Of a stretch of DNA of 64,000 nt, positions 9,778-18,496 are shown one piece after another. The DNA lies in the IMG/VR virus record IMGVR_UViG_3300025608_000006; one strand, written 5' to 3'. Position 1 is the stretch's first letter. Each line of letters begins with the position of its first letter. Below the pieces are notes generated by a model. That model was not told where the DNA came from and searched no databases. It worked only from the letters and a program-made list of their open reading frames with translations. This DNA comes from a virus. Taxonomy: Duplodnaviria > Caudoviricetes. Both the position numbers and the translations under genes were made by a program.

Positions 9778-10779
9778 TTAAATTAACCGATCCGTCCATG
9801 TTTTTGGAGTTTTGTAATTTACAATCTCTAGTGGAAATGTGTAGTCAAACGGCTTTGTGCCTCGTTTTTTAATATAGTCAACAGTATATTCAACTGCTGT
9901 TTCTAAATTGGTAGTTGTTTTATAATTTAATAACTTGCGAGCTTTATCTGCACTACACATTGCATGTTTAACTTCTTGAGGACGGTCATCGACATGTATA
10001 GGATCTAAATTACAACCTGTTTTATTGGCTACTAGTTTTGCTAAATTTTTGATATTTATTGTTCCTTCATCTGGTCCAATATTTACTATTTGGCTTGATA
10101 TATTTTTATCTAATGCGAGTTTTTCAAGACACTGAATACAGTCATCAATGTAACTAAAGCATCGTGTTTGTTCGCCATCGCCGTATATAATAGCAGGATT
10201 GCCTTGTAAATTTCTATTGATCATAATACTCATTACATTTCGGAATGGATCATCATAACGCTGCCTTGGTCCAACAATGTTGTGCGGCACAGCAATATTC
10301 CATTCCATACCGTGTACTTCACTTAGCGTAGTCAGTACTTGTTCGCCTGCTACTTTAGCAATGCCGTAAGGATCAACTGGGGCAGGTGTCTGTGTTTCAA
10401 CAAACGGAATCTGTTGATTTCCGTAACGTGCCATACTAGTACAGTATACAAAACGTTTTACCTTGTTTTCAAGTGCTGCACTAATTGTAGATACCGTTGC
10501 TTGAAATATATTCTTAGTAATAAAATCTGGGCTTACTACACTTAGACCTTCATGAGCAGTTGCAGCAGTGTGTATAACAATATCTATATCTTTCATTATA
10601 TCTGCCATGCGTTCTCTGTCGCAACAATCTACTTTGTACAAAGTAGCTTTGTGATGTACATTATCCTCATAACCGCCAATCAGTGTATCGTTGCCAGATA
10701 CTTCGTGACCAAGTTCTATCATACGATCTGCTAAATGACTTCCTAGAAATCCTGCAATGCCTGTTATAAAAATTTTCAT
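9778..10779 (-). CDS. NAD-dependent nucleotide-sugar epimerase/dehydratase (extended SDR)
   Basis: GIAGFLG, IHTAA, TSMARYG, YGIAK (YxxxK), HNIVGP, GDGEQTRCFSYIDD. Confidence 0.92.
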   Translation of the reverse strand: MKIFITGIAGFLGSHLADRMIELGHEVSGNDTLIGGYEDNVHHKATLYKVDCCDRERMADIMKDIDIVIHTAATAHEGLSVVSPDFITKNIFQATVSTISAALENKVKRFVYCTSMARYGNQQIPFVETQTPAPVDPYGIAKVAGEQVLTTLSEVHGMEWNIAVPHNIVGPRQRYDDPFRNVMSIMINRNLQGNPAIIYGDGEQTRCFSYIDDCIQCLEKLALDKNISSQIVNIGPDEGTINIKNLAKLVANKTGCNLDPIHVDDRPQEVKHAMCSADKARKLLNYKTTTNLETAVEYTVDYIKKRGTKPFDYTFPLEIVNYKTPKTWTDRLI

Positions 10780-12176
10780 AGTTTTCCTAAATTTTGTTCA
10801 CTTGCTAAAGACTTACAATGATTCCAAAAATTATCCATTTCAGGAAAAGTTTCTAAAAAGTTTGTATTTCTTCTACGATCCATCTCTGTAAACCAATTAT
10901 AAAAATCTGCACGACCTTCTTGTACTCGGGTTTCGTCATAATTAGCTGTTGCAAAGTAATCTCGAACTCGACGAAACTTTTGATATTCTAACTCTGTAAA
11001 TTTGGTCGGATCGTAATCGTCTTTGTTATCGTTAATAAATTGTAAAATTTTATCAAAATACGGCAAAAATTCTTCTTTTGGTAAAATCATCATATCATAC
11101 TGTAAAGGTTCTTTTAAATACGGTGTGTCAAATCTAATGCGCCGGCCATATCCTCCTGGATTCATTGTTGGTTGATATTTTGTTCGCCAGTCTAAAATCT
11201 TTTGTAAAAAATCTGTAAACGAAGTCACACTTAAAATATTAAATGTACACATAATACTAACAGGTGCATTTGTAGTTGCTATATAGGTTTCTAAATTTTG
11301 TTCCCACAACTCTGTTTTAAGTCCAGTACGAATATATTCGGCTTTTTTGCCCCAAGAGTCTAAACTTGAAAATAATTTAAAGTTTTTAATCTTTTTATTT
11401 TCCACTAGGCTTTTTACATTTGTTGCTAGTTTTTCTACAAGTGCTGGCTTAACACCTAGATTGCTATTTAAATTTAATTCTAATTTAGGCTTTGCTTCTT
11501 CTTGTAAAAGGTCAAATAGTCTCCAAGTACTACGGTGCATCAAAGGTTCGCCGCCGGTGAGACGTAAAATGTTTAGTGTTTTACTAACTTCTGGCCACCA
11601 TTTCCACCAAGCAGCAATATACGGATTTTCTTCTTCAGCATATGGTTTAAACCAGTCAACATTTAATGTATGATTTTTAACTGGCATTGGCCCGTGTTTT
11701 TTTATTTCTGCATCATACGAACTACTTGCCATAGGATGACAGTATCCACATTTAAAATTACATTCGTTACTAAACGCCAATTCAATATATTCAGGATTAA
11801 TATTAAAATCCCAAGGACTATTAACAATTTCTTCTAATCTATGCTGATTATAAATGCCTGCATTACGTTCGTGCCTATCACTAATATGTGTATCACTAAG
11901 ACCTTCAACATTCCAGCAGTATTGACAGCCTTTGGGCTTTTCGCCTACCAGCATTAAAGCACGTTCTTTTTTCTTTTCTATCGTATTATGAAGTGCAGAA
12001 GGATCCTTTTCAATTTCTTCAAGAGGTATATGATGAGGTGCTGGATGATAACAACTATGTGTGTCACCAGTATGCAAATAAATTGTAGTATGATGCCACT
12101 TTGCTAAACAGAAAGTAGGACTAATCTTATTTGTAATCTCTTTAGTTTGTGTTATTCTGTCAGTTTCATTACTCAT
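10776..12176 (-). CDS. Radical SAM enzyme with N-terminal twitch-like domain (paralog of 5002-6522)
   Basis: FCLAKW..THSCYH..GCQYCW; ELAFSNECNFKCGYC; LTGGEPL; SLDSWGKKAEYIRTGL. Confidence 0.88.
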   Translation of the reverse strand: MSNETDRITQTKEITNKISPTFCLAKWHHTTIYLHTGDTHSCYHPAPHHIPLEEIEKDPSALHNTIEKKKERALMLVGEKPKGCQYCWNVEGLSDTHISDRHERNAGIYNQHRLEEIVNSPWDFNINPEYIELAFSNECNFKCGYCHPMASSSYDAEIKKHGPMPVKNHTLNVDWFKPYAEEENPYIAAWWKWWPEVSKTLNILRLTGGEPLMHRSTWRLFDLLQEEAKPKLELNLNSNLGVKPALVEKLATNVKSLVENKKIKNFKLFSSLDSWGKKAEYIRTGLKTELWEQNLETYIATTNAPVSIMCTFNILSVTSFTDFLQKILDWRTKYQPTMNPGGYGRRIRFDTPYLKEPLQYDMMILPKEEFLPYFDKILQFINDNKDDYDPTKFTELEYQKFRRVRDYFATANYDETRVQEGRADFYNWFTEMDRRRNTNFLETFPEMDNFWNHCKSLASEQNLGKL

Positions 12177-13090
12177 AGTTTTTCTATAAACCTTTGATTG
12201 TCAGTTCTTGACGGATGCTGGTACACTGCTTTAAAAAATTTACTTTGCTGTGCATCTAATGGTTGTTCTGCGATAGGTATATCTAGTTGACTGATTAACT
12301 TAATACCGTATTCTTCAATTTCATAATCGACATCTTCAATTGATTCAAACGACACTTTCCATAAATCGTTCAAGTATTCAAAGTCACGTACTTGCACGTA
12401 ATCCCAGTCTGTACACATTGTCATATACAATCCTGCTCGTGTTCCAAGTATTGCCCAGTCACCGTTTTCTACATCTTTGCCTATCATACTCCATATGTAT
12501 AGCCAGTGCAAGCAACGCCAGTGATTATTCTTTAGTTCTTCTTTTGAAATTCTTACGCCGCGATCAGTTGCAAGTTTAACACCTTCTCTAAAACCTGCTC
12601 TCCATGCTTGTGCAGGAGTTTCGTTGTTGTACACGTCAGAATAACAACTATTCATTTGAATGTATTGTGCATCCCAGCAAAAGTCTACTTGAGCATGTGC
12701 ATTATCAGGGTCTGCATTTTCATGTGTTTTCATATTCAATACATACTCACGAGGCCAACATTTAAGTCCGCCGTTGCCGTACATTAGTCCATTAATCTCA
12801 TTACGGCCGCACCAGCTGATAACAGTATTTTTCAAATCTGCATGTTCATCGAAGTCAATTTCTTGATTTAAAAAATCTTCACGTATACGGTTGTCACCGT
12901 CTACTGTAATAAATCTATCTGTCTCGCTTAGTTCTGCACAAGCTTTGTGTGCGGCGTCTGAGCCTTCTACACCGTGTACACGTTTAGCCCACGGAACTTT
13001 TTTACACAAGTCAGCGTAGTTTTTTTCTGCATTAGGTTCGTCATAACTAAGATAGATAATATCGTAGTCAATTGGTTTAAATTTTGCCAT
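12173..13090 (-). CDS. GT-A-fold glycosyltransferase-like protein (paralog of 4296-4970)
   Basis: DIIYLSYDEPNAEKNY, RVHGVEGSDAAH, FITVDGDN (DxD), YGNGGLKCWP, WRAGFREGVKL. Confidence 0.55.
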   Translation of the reverse strand: MAKFKPIDYDIIYLSYDEPNAEKNYADLCKKVPWAKRVHGVEGSDAAHKACAELSETDRFITVDGDNRIREDFLNQEIDFDEHADLKNTVISWCGRNEINGLMYGNGGLKCWPREYVLNMKTHENADPDNAHAQVDFCWDAQYIQMNSCYSDVYNNETPAQAWRAGFREGVKLATDRGVRISKEELKNNHWRCLHWLYIWSMIGKDVENGDWAILGTRAGLYMTMCTDWDYVQVRDFEYLNDLWKVSFESIEDVDYEIEEYGIKLISQLDIPIAEQPLDAQQSKFFKAVYQHPSRTDNQRFIEKL

Positions 13091-14430
13091 TATATAATCT
13101 CATGAGCATAACTTTCAAAATATTTTGCTGTGTATATACTTACATCAGTATCACTACTTTCAGACTCGAATATGAACGGAATTGCCGTTAGACTATCTGA
13201 TAATAATTCTCCAACAGTAAATTCTAGACTTCTAAAAAGTACATTTGGATCATATTTTGATGTTACACTAAAATATAATACTTCCGTAGGTTTATATCCA
13301 CTAGTTAATAGGAATTTTTTAGTATGTGGATTTAATAAAATACTCCAATAATTTCCAAAAGTGTTTTGTTGAATAATTATGTCGTATTCTTTATCAACTT
13401 GTACTTGATGAAGTTGTTTTCCTGATAGAATAATTTGTCCATTTTTTAAATTTACCGGCATATGCAAGTCTAATTGTATATCTCGATATGTAATTTTTTC
13501 AGTTAAGTCAACTAAATCAACTTCTGCACACATATCATCAACATAATACAAAAGTGTAGTAGGATTAGAATAGAAAAAGATACTTGTTTTATCTTTACTA
13601 AAATCCTGCATTACAAGTTGTATGCTGTATATACTGTTATCGTTAAGTACAACGTCTCCAGGAGTAATAGTTTTAACTACCGGAAGTTTTTTATTTGCAT
13701 CTGAATATAATTTTACATTGCTAACAACAATTTCTGCATTATCCATAGTAAATTCAGTATATGCTGGTTGATCTTCTAAGAGTCTATAAACTACTCCGTT
13801 AATCCAAACATGCTGTCCTGACAAATGAGATAATTCCTTATACCAAACATCTACGTGTATACCCACGTATTCTGGAATCATGGTTAGTTTTTCTGCTGAA
13901 TGGGTTTGTGTAGGCAACGAAGTTATTAGTACGTCCTCTACAAAAAGAATATGTTCATCTTTGTCAAATACCTCAGAAGGAACTAGATCTGTCTTTAATT
14001 TATAAACATTATCTTTAAACCAAACACACTGGTTTTTACTATAACTATGATTATCGTTATACATATAAATGTCAACACCATCGTAAACTTTTTCTATAGA
14101 AAAATGCTCATCATGTGTATGCTTAATTACAGGCAATTGATAACACATTGTATCAGCTGTTCGATGAGAGTCGTCGTATGCTACTTCTTTTAGTCTTATT
14201 TCTTTAACACTGACATCATAAAAAATAGCATACTCATCTGTACGGCGTTCGCCAGTAAGTATAGACTGAACTTCGTTCGTATCAATAGGAAAAATCTTGT
14301 ACTCTTCATCAGGAATATTCTTACTGCTAATTTTGTATATTTTTCCGTTATCGCTGTCATAATAGACATAGGATTTTGTCCTATCACTGCTAACTTGTAT
14401 TCTTTTAATTAAATTTTGTAAATCAGACAT
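13090..14430 (-). CDS. Hypothetical protein with two small aromatic beta-rich (CBM5/12-like) modules
   Basis: 446 aa; internal YNDNHSYSKNQCVWFKDNVYKL and WYKELSHLSGQHVWINGVVYRL. Confidence 0.7.
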   Translation of the reverse strand: MSDLQNLIKRIQVSSDRTKSYVYYDSDNGKIYKISSKNIPDEEYKIFPIDTNEVQSILTGERRTDEYAIFYDVSVKEIRLKEVAYDDSHRTADTMCYQLPVIKHTHDEHFSIEKVYDGVDIYMYNDNHSYSKNQCVWFKDNVYKLKTDLVPSEVFDKDEHILFVEDVLITSLPTQTHSAEKLTMIPEYVGIHVDVWYKELSHLSGQHVWINGVVYRLLEDQPAYTEFTMDNAEIVVSNVKLYSDANKKLPVVKTITPGDVVLNDNSIYSIQLVMQDFSKDKTSIFFYSNPTTLLYYVDDMCAEVDLVDLTEKITYRDIQLDLHMPVNLKNGQIILSGKQLHQVQVDKEYDIIIQQNTFGNYWSILLNPHTKKFLLTSGYKPTEVLYFSVTSKYDPNVLFRSLEFTVGELLSDSLTAIPFIFESESSDTDVSIYTAKYFESYAHEII

Positions 14431-15265
14431 TTGTTAGACTCCTGTATCTTTCTATTGCAGGCGATTTTGTTACGAAGTCATTTTCAGTATAGTGCAGAAT
14501 TCCTGTTTGTGCATAATTGCCTATTTTTATACTACCATCTTTAGAAATATACACACCTACACGATCTTGCCAGCTAGATTGTATTTCATTCCATCCTTGG
14601 CAGTAAGGTTTCATATGTGTAAAATTAGGAAACTTAGCAATTTTATTTGTAATTGCATCTTCACAATCTAGTATACTAGTAACGATAGCAGCACATACAT
14701 CAATACTTAGATGTGTAGGGCGAGATGTAGCCACTAAATGTTGTTCGTAAAACGCTTGCCAATTGTTTACTATTAGTTCTAACCAAGCATAAAACTCTTG
14801 TGCAAATTTGCATTTCTTAAAATAATGAAATCCGCTAAACAAGTTTGGTAAATTGTTTTCTATAAATGTTTTTCTATAGTAACTAGTATCTGCTGCTTCG
14901 CCTCTATAATTTAGTACATTGCTAACAAAAAACATTTCATAATTAGACAAAAACTTCCACCACATGTCAATGTTTTGTAACACTAACATATCTGTATCCA
15001 TTACAATTGTTTCGTCATACGGACTAGCATGATATAATTTCCATCTATTTTCAATTTTCCAGTCAGTGTCTTTGGCTGCATCGTTAAACGGAATAGGAAT
15101 AATTTTATCAAAGAGTTTTTGATATTCTTCTGGCACAATATTATTTGTTACTAAACTAATAGGAGTATCATTATGCGCTCGTAAACTCATTGCTAATAAT
15201 GATGCTTGTTCAACGTAGTTGTCTATTTCATTATTTTGCGCAAGAACCATTATACCTTTACTCAC
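14423..15265 (-). CDS. Nucleotide-diphospho-sugar transferase-like (GT8-like) protein
   Basis: LYHASPYDETIVMDTDML (DxD), FSGFHYFKK, NFTHMK. Confidence 0.65.
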   Translation of the reverse strand: MSKGIMVLAQNNEIDNYVEQASLLAMSLRAHNDTPISLVTNNIVPEEYQKLFDKIIPIPFNDAAKDTDWKIENRWKLYHASPYDETIVMDTDMLVLQNIDMWWKFLSNYEMFFVSNVLNYRGEAADTSYYRKTFIENNLPNLFSGFHYFKKCKFAQEFYAWLELIVNNWQAFYEQHLVATSRPTHLSIDVCAAIVTSILDCEDAITNKIAKFPNFTHMKPYCQGWNEIQSSWQDRVGVYISKDGSIKIGNYAQTGILHYTENDFVTKSPAIERYRSLTNV

Positions 15266-16109
15266 CAGTGAACTCCTTATCGATAATTCTATTAAGACTA
15301 ATTTTATTCATGACATGAATTGTTTGTCCTTGTGTTTTTAATGCTGTGTATTCTCCAAGATAGTCTTCCTTTTCTACTAAAAACAGCATTTCATCATCTA
15401 CAAGTTTCCACAAAATGTCTTTATCTGTAGTATACAACATAGTTCCTGGTAGTTGTTGTGCAAAATCTCCCTTTGTAAAGCCATTTAACATATGTATAGC
15501 GATACTAAATGCAAAATCATTCCTAAACAAACTAGAAGTAATTTGATATGCCCTTCTATAATGATTCCATTCTTGCTCTATATGAGCAACAAGATCAAAA
15601 AACACTTTGTTTATTTCTGTTTTTCTAAAAAACACAACAGTAGCCCAGTAAAAGTCGACACTAGGATCACTTATTTTATCAAATTCAGTTTCGTCTCTAA
15701 CTTTTGCAATATCGCTGGAGTTTTTATAAATTAAAAAATCTGAGGTAGAATTAAAACAATCTTTCAACAAACTGTTTGATACAATATAATCTGTATCCAT
15801 TAATAGAGTTTCGTCATATGGCGTAAGGTCATATACACTTGCACGATTATTATTTTTAAAGTTAGCTGTTTTTTTAGTCAAGCCGCCGTCGAAAAAATAT
15901 CGCATATTAGATGCGCTGGTATACTCTAATTCGATAATATTATCAAAGTCATCAGTGCCGAATGTTGTGGTTAGATATTCAGCACTATCAGTAGCAACTG
16001 TTACCGGAATATCTAAATATTTTTTTATACGCTTTGCAAGAAATACTGCTTGTTTAACATAGTCAATATGTCCATTATTTCGTGCAATTAAAAATACACC
16101 TTTACTCAT
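15258..16109 (-). CDS. Nucleotide-diphospho-sugar transferase-like (GT8-like) protein, paralog of 14423-15265
   Basis: VYDLTPYDETLLMDTDYI (DxD), YWATVVFFRK, FRNDFAFSIA, IHVMNK. Confidence 0.65.
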   Translation of the reverse strand: MSKGVFLIARNNGHIDYVKQAVFLAKRIKKYLDIPVTVATDSAEYLTTTFGTDDFDNIIELEYTSASNMRYFFDGGLTKKTANFKNNNRASVYDLTPYDETLLMDTDYIVSNSLLKDCFNSTSDFLIYKNSSDIAKVRDETEFDKISDPSVDFYWATVVFFRKTEINKVFFDLVAHIEQEWNHYRRAYQITSSLFRNDFAFSIAIHMLNGFTKGDFAQQLPGTMLYTTDKDILWKLVDDEMLFLVEKEDYLGEYTALKTQGQTIHVMNKISLNRIIDKEFTGE

Positions 16110-16452
16110 AATTGACTAGTTTCTCTACACTTCTATTCTTTTTAAGTTTAGCATATGCAGTATAATAGCTGTTAGATGCTACAGTGTATTTGTTTATAAT
16201 TTCGCCATAAAATTCTTCAAGATTTTCAATCATACACGGAATATTATTGTCATCAGTAATTACAACTTCGTCTTGATCAGCAGATACCATTGCACTTACA
16301 AAGGTAATTAGTTCACGAGTAAGCGTAAACTGTGATCCTTTGTAAAAATGAATTAATTCTTCTTGATATTTTTCTGCTAACAGTCTTTTTTGATTATTGA
16401 GGGTTAGCATATAATTAGAAAAGTCTAGTGCTTTTTCTAAACGTTCGTCCAT
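16102..16452 (-). CDS. Hypothetical protein, first gene of the sugar/radical-SAM operon
   Basis: 116-aa ORF with SD AGGAG at 16464-16460; stop overlaps the next start. Confidence 0.8.
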   Translation of the reverse strand: MDERLEKALDFSNYMLTLNNQKRLLAEKYQEELIHFYKGSQFTLTRELITFVSAMVSADQDEVVITDDNNIPCMIENLEEFYGEIINKYTVASNSYYTAYAKLKKNRSVEKLVNYE

Positions 16453-16478
16453 AGTTAAACTCCTAGTTTATTGTTACT

Positions 16479-16507
16479 AGTATATATTAAGTTTTAGGAT
16501 TTGTCAA
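16479..16507 (-). promoter_or_regulatory. sigma70-type early promoter TTGACA-17-TATACT
   Basis: TTGACA at 16507-16502, 17-bp spacer, TATACT at 16484-16479, followed by SD AGGAG and ATG 16452. Confidence 0.82.
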
Positions 16508-16518
16508 GTGGAGTTTGG

Positions 16519-17505
16519 TTAAGAAAGGGTACGTATAGTAGTACCTACAGGTACATTATCAATCACAACTGCATCGTGTAATACACCATTGATTGTTACT
16601 TGGCTATCAGGAGTCGCTGTTTCTACAACACTATTAAATGTTCCAAATACCGGTTCGTCGATGCCATAAGTAGGATCATTTGGCGCACCATCTACAAATT
16701 CTACTTTAAATTGTATAGCAGACGTATCATCTCCTGTGGCATATTCAGCAGCGTATATATTATATCTATTTCTAGCATACACTGCTCCGCCTGTTCTAGA
16801 ATACAACAACTGATAACTTGATGTTAGATCATAATTTCCAAGATTTGATCCAGTACCAATTCCTGCATTATTAATAGTTTCTGTTGCCTTAAAGCTCGTC
16901 GAACCCATTGCATTTAATATCGATTGCCAATCAACTGTTTTAGCTTGACTTCCTGTATAACCTACATTAGCACTAATTCTAATTTGGCCTCCGGCATTGA
17001 AAAAGTGTCTGCGTTCAATAGCAGTATTAAATGTTATTGTAAAAATGTGAGAAATAGCACTAACCCAGGTAGTTGTATCTGGGCGTGTGCTGGATGCTGC
17101 TGAGACTGCTGCAATTGTTAAATTATTAGGATCTACAATTAATTTATCTGTATTAATATTAGTTGCTAAAGATTCTAACCCTTGTACATACGCTTCTTCA
17201 ATTTTGTCAGCGTTTGCCAAGTTTGTGTCGTAATCTCCAATTACAAATTCATCAATTGTAACGGCGGCGCCCACTTGGTGGAATCTAGTTCTTACTAAGT
17301 CAATATATAAATCTTCATAATCTTGAGCAGTAATTTTATCAGCATCGGCTGGAGAAGTTACCGAACGTGTACCAACTACGCTATTAGTGCTGAATAATTG
17401 CCCGTAACCAAACTCAGGAGAGGCAGTATTAGATTCACCTAGAATTAAATTTACATTATCTCGGAGAGTATTATATCTACTGGCTAATATTGTTGTTGGC
17501 ATCAA
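16519..17505 (-). CDS. Putative virion structural protein (paralog of 17564-18487)
   Basis: Shared motifs GYGQ, HQVG, F..RRHFFNAGGQIR.SA, G.G..IGNYDLTSSYQ; lies in the structural block and has an upstream TAAATA motif. Confidence 0.6.
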   Translation of the reverse strand: MMPTTILASRYNTLRDNVNLILGESNTASPEFGYGQLFSTNSVVGTRSVTSPADADKITAQDYEDLYIDLVRTRFHQVGAAVTIDEFVIGDYDTNLANADKIEEAYVQGLESLATNINTDKLIVDPNNLTIAAVSAASSTRPDTTTWVSAISHIFTITFNTAIERRHFFNAGGQIRISANVGYTGSQAKTVDWQSILNAMGSTSFKATETINNAGIGTGSNLGNYDLTSSYQLLYSRTGGAVYARNRYNIYAAEYATGDDTSAIQFKVEFVDGAPNDPTYGIDEPVFGTFNSVVETATPDSQVTINGVLHDAVVIDNVPVGTTIRTLS

Positions 17506-17526
17506 TTATCTCTTTACTGTTAAGTA

Positions 17527-17534
17527 TATTTATT
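17527..17534 (-). promoter_or_regulatory. T4-type late promoter (AATAAATA)
   Basis: Matches the T4 TATAAATA late -10 element; upstream of ATG 17505; a gp55-like gene is in the window. Confidence 0.55.
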
Positions 17535-17563
17535 TAAAAAATATTTAGAAAATTAAATGCTGA

Positions 17564-18487
17564 TTATGTCAATGTCTGACTATTAAAATATGCAGGAGCA
17601 GGAACTGTTACGTCACCGTTAGCACGGTAATGTTGTAGTACACTTTCTAGTCTGCCGTCAACATTATTGTCAATGTTGTTATCAAACACTACATCATTGA
17701 ACTCAACTCTAAAAATAATACGTGTATCGATATCCGAACGTGCTTTAACAGTGTAAATATTGCCTGCGTATATTGCACTATATGTGCCTGATCCTATTTT
17801 TTGATATATATCTTGATACGAGGCTGTTAAACTATAGTTGCCAATTGATGTGCCGCCGCCTGTTGTTGAAGTTGTAGAGTCTGAACCAAATTTAATTGTT
17901 CCTACTTGAGAACATAACTGGCTCCAATCTAGACCTTTAGGAGTACTTGCGCTAGTGTTATTAGCACTTAATCTAATTTCTCCGCCTGTGTTAAAAAAGA
18001 ATCGTCTAGCAGATGCAGAAGAGAAAGTAACTTGAATTTCGTGTACTATTAACCCGTTCCAAGAACTTGATCTTACATTAGATATACCAGGTTCTAAAGC
18101 AGCTTGACTAGGATGTATCAATGCTTTATCTGCTTGCACCTGTGTCATTAAATTTTCAAAATCTACAATTCCTTTTTTAATACCGTCTGGATCAATTGAT
18201 GTTACGCCATCATTATCTATAAAAGAACTTGTATTTTCAGCAACAATATTTAAATTTTGTAAAACTTCAGCAATTCCAATATCGCCAGGACCTACTTGGT
18301 GTACTCTTGCTTTAAGAATGTCAGTATAAATGGCATTCATATCCGCTGCTTCAACTACATCACCTGTATTAGAAACTGGAACACTAGTAACTACTTGTCC
18401 GTATCCGTTTTGTCCGGAGCCATTGCCTAATATAAGTGCAATGCTTGATTGCAAGTTGTTAATTCGTGCTGCTGTAATATCTGCCAT
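17564..18487 (-). CDS. Putative virion structural protein (paralog of 16519-17505)
   Basis: GYGQ, RVHQVG, RRFFFNTGGEIRLSA, GNYSLTASYQ. Confidence 0.6.
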   Translation of the reverse strand: MADITAARINNLQSSIALILGNGSGQNGYGQVVTSVPVSNTGDVVEAADMNAIYTDILKARVHQVGPGDIGIAEVLQNLNIVAENTSSFIDNDGVTSIDPDGIKKGIVDFENLMTQVQADKALIHPSQAALEPGISNVRSSSWNGLIVHEIQVTFSSASARRFFFNTGGEIRLSANNTSASTPKGLDWSQLCSQVGTIKFGSDSTTSTTGGGTSIGNYSLTASYQDIYQKIGSGTYSAIYAGNIYTVKARSDIDTRIIFRVEFNDVVFDNNIDNNVDGRLESVLQHYRANGDVTVPAPAYFNSQTLT

Positions 18488-18496
18488 GATGATTCC

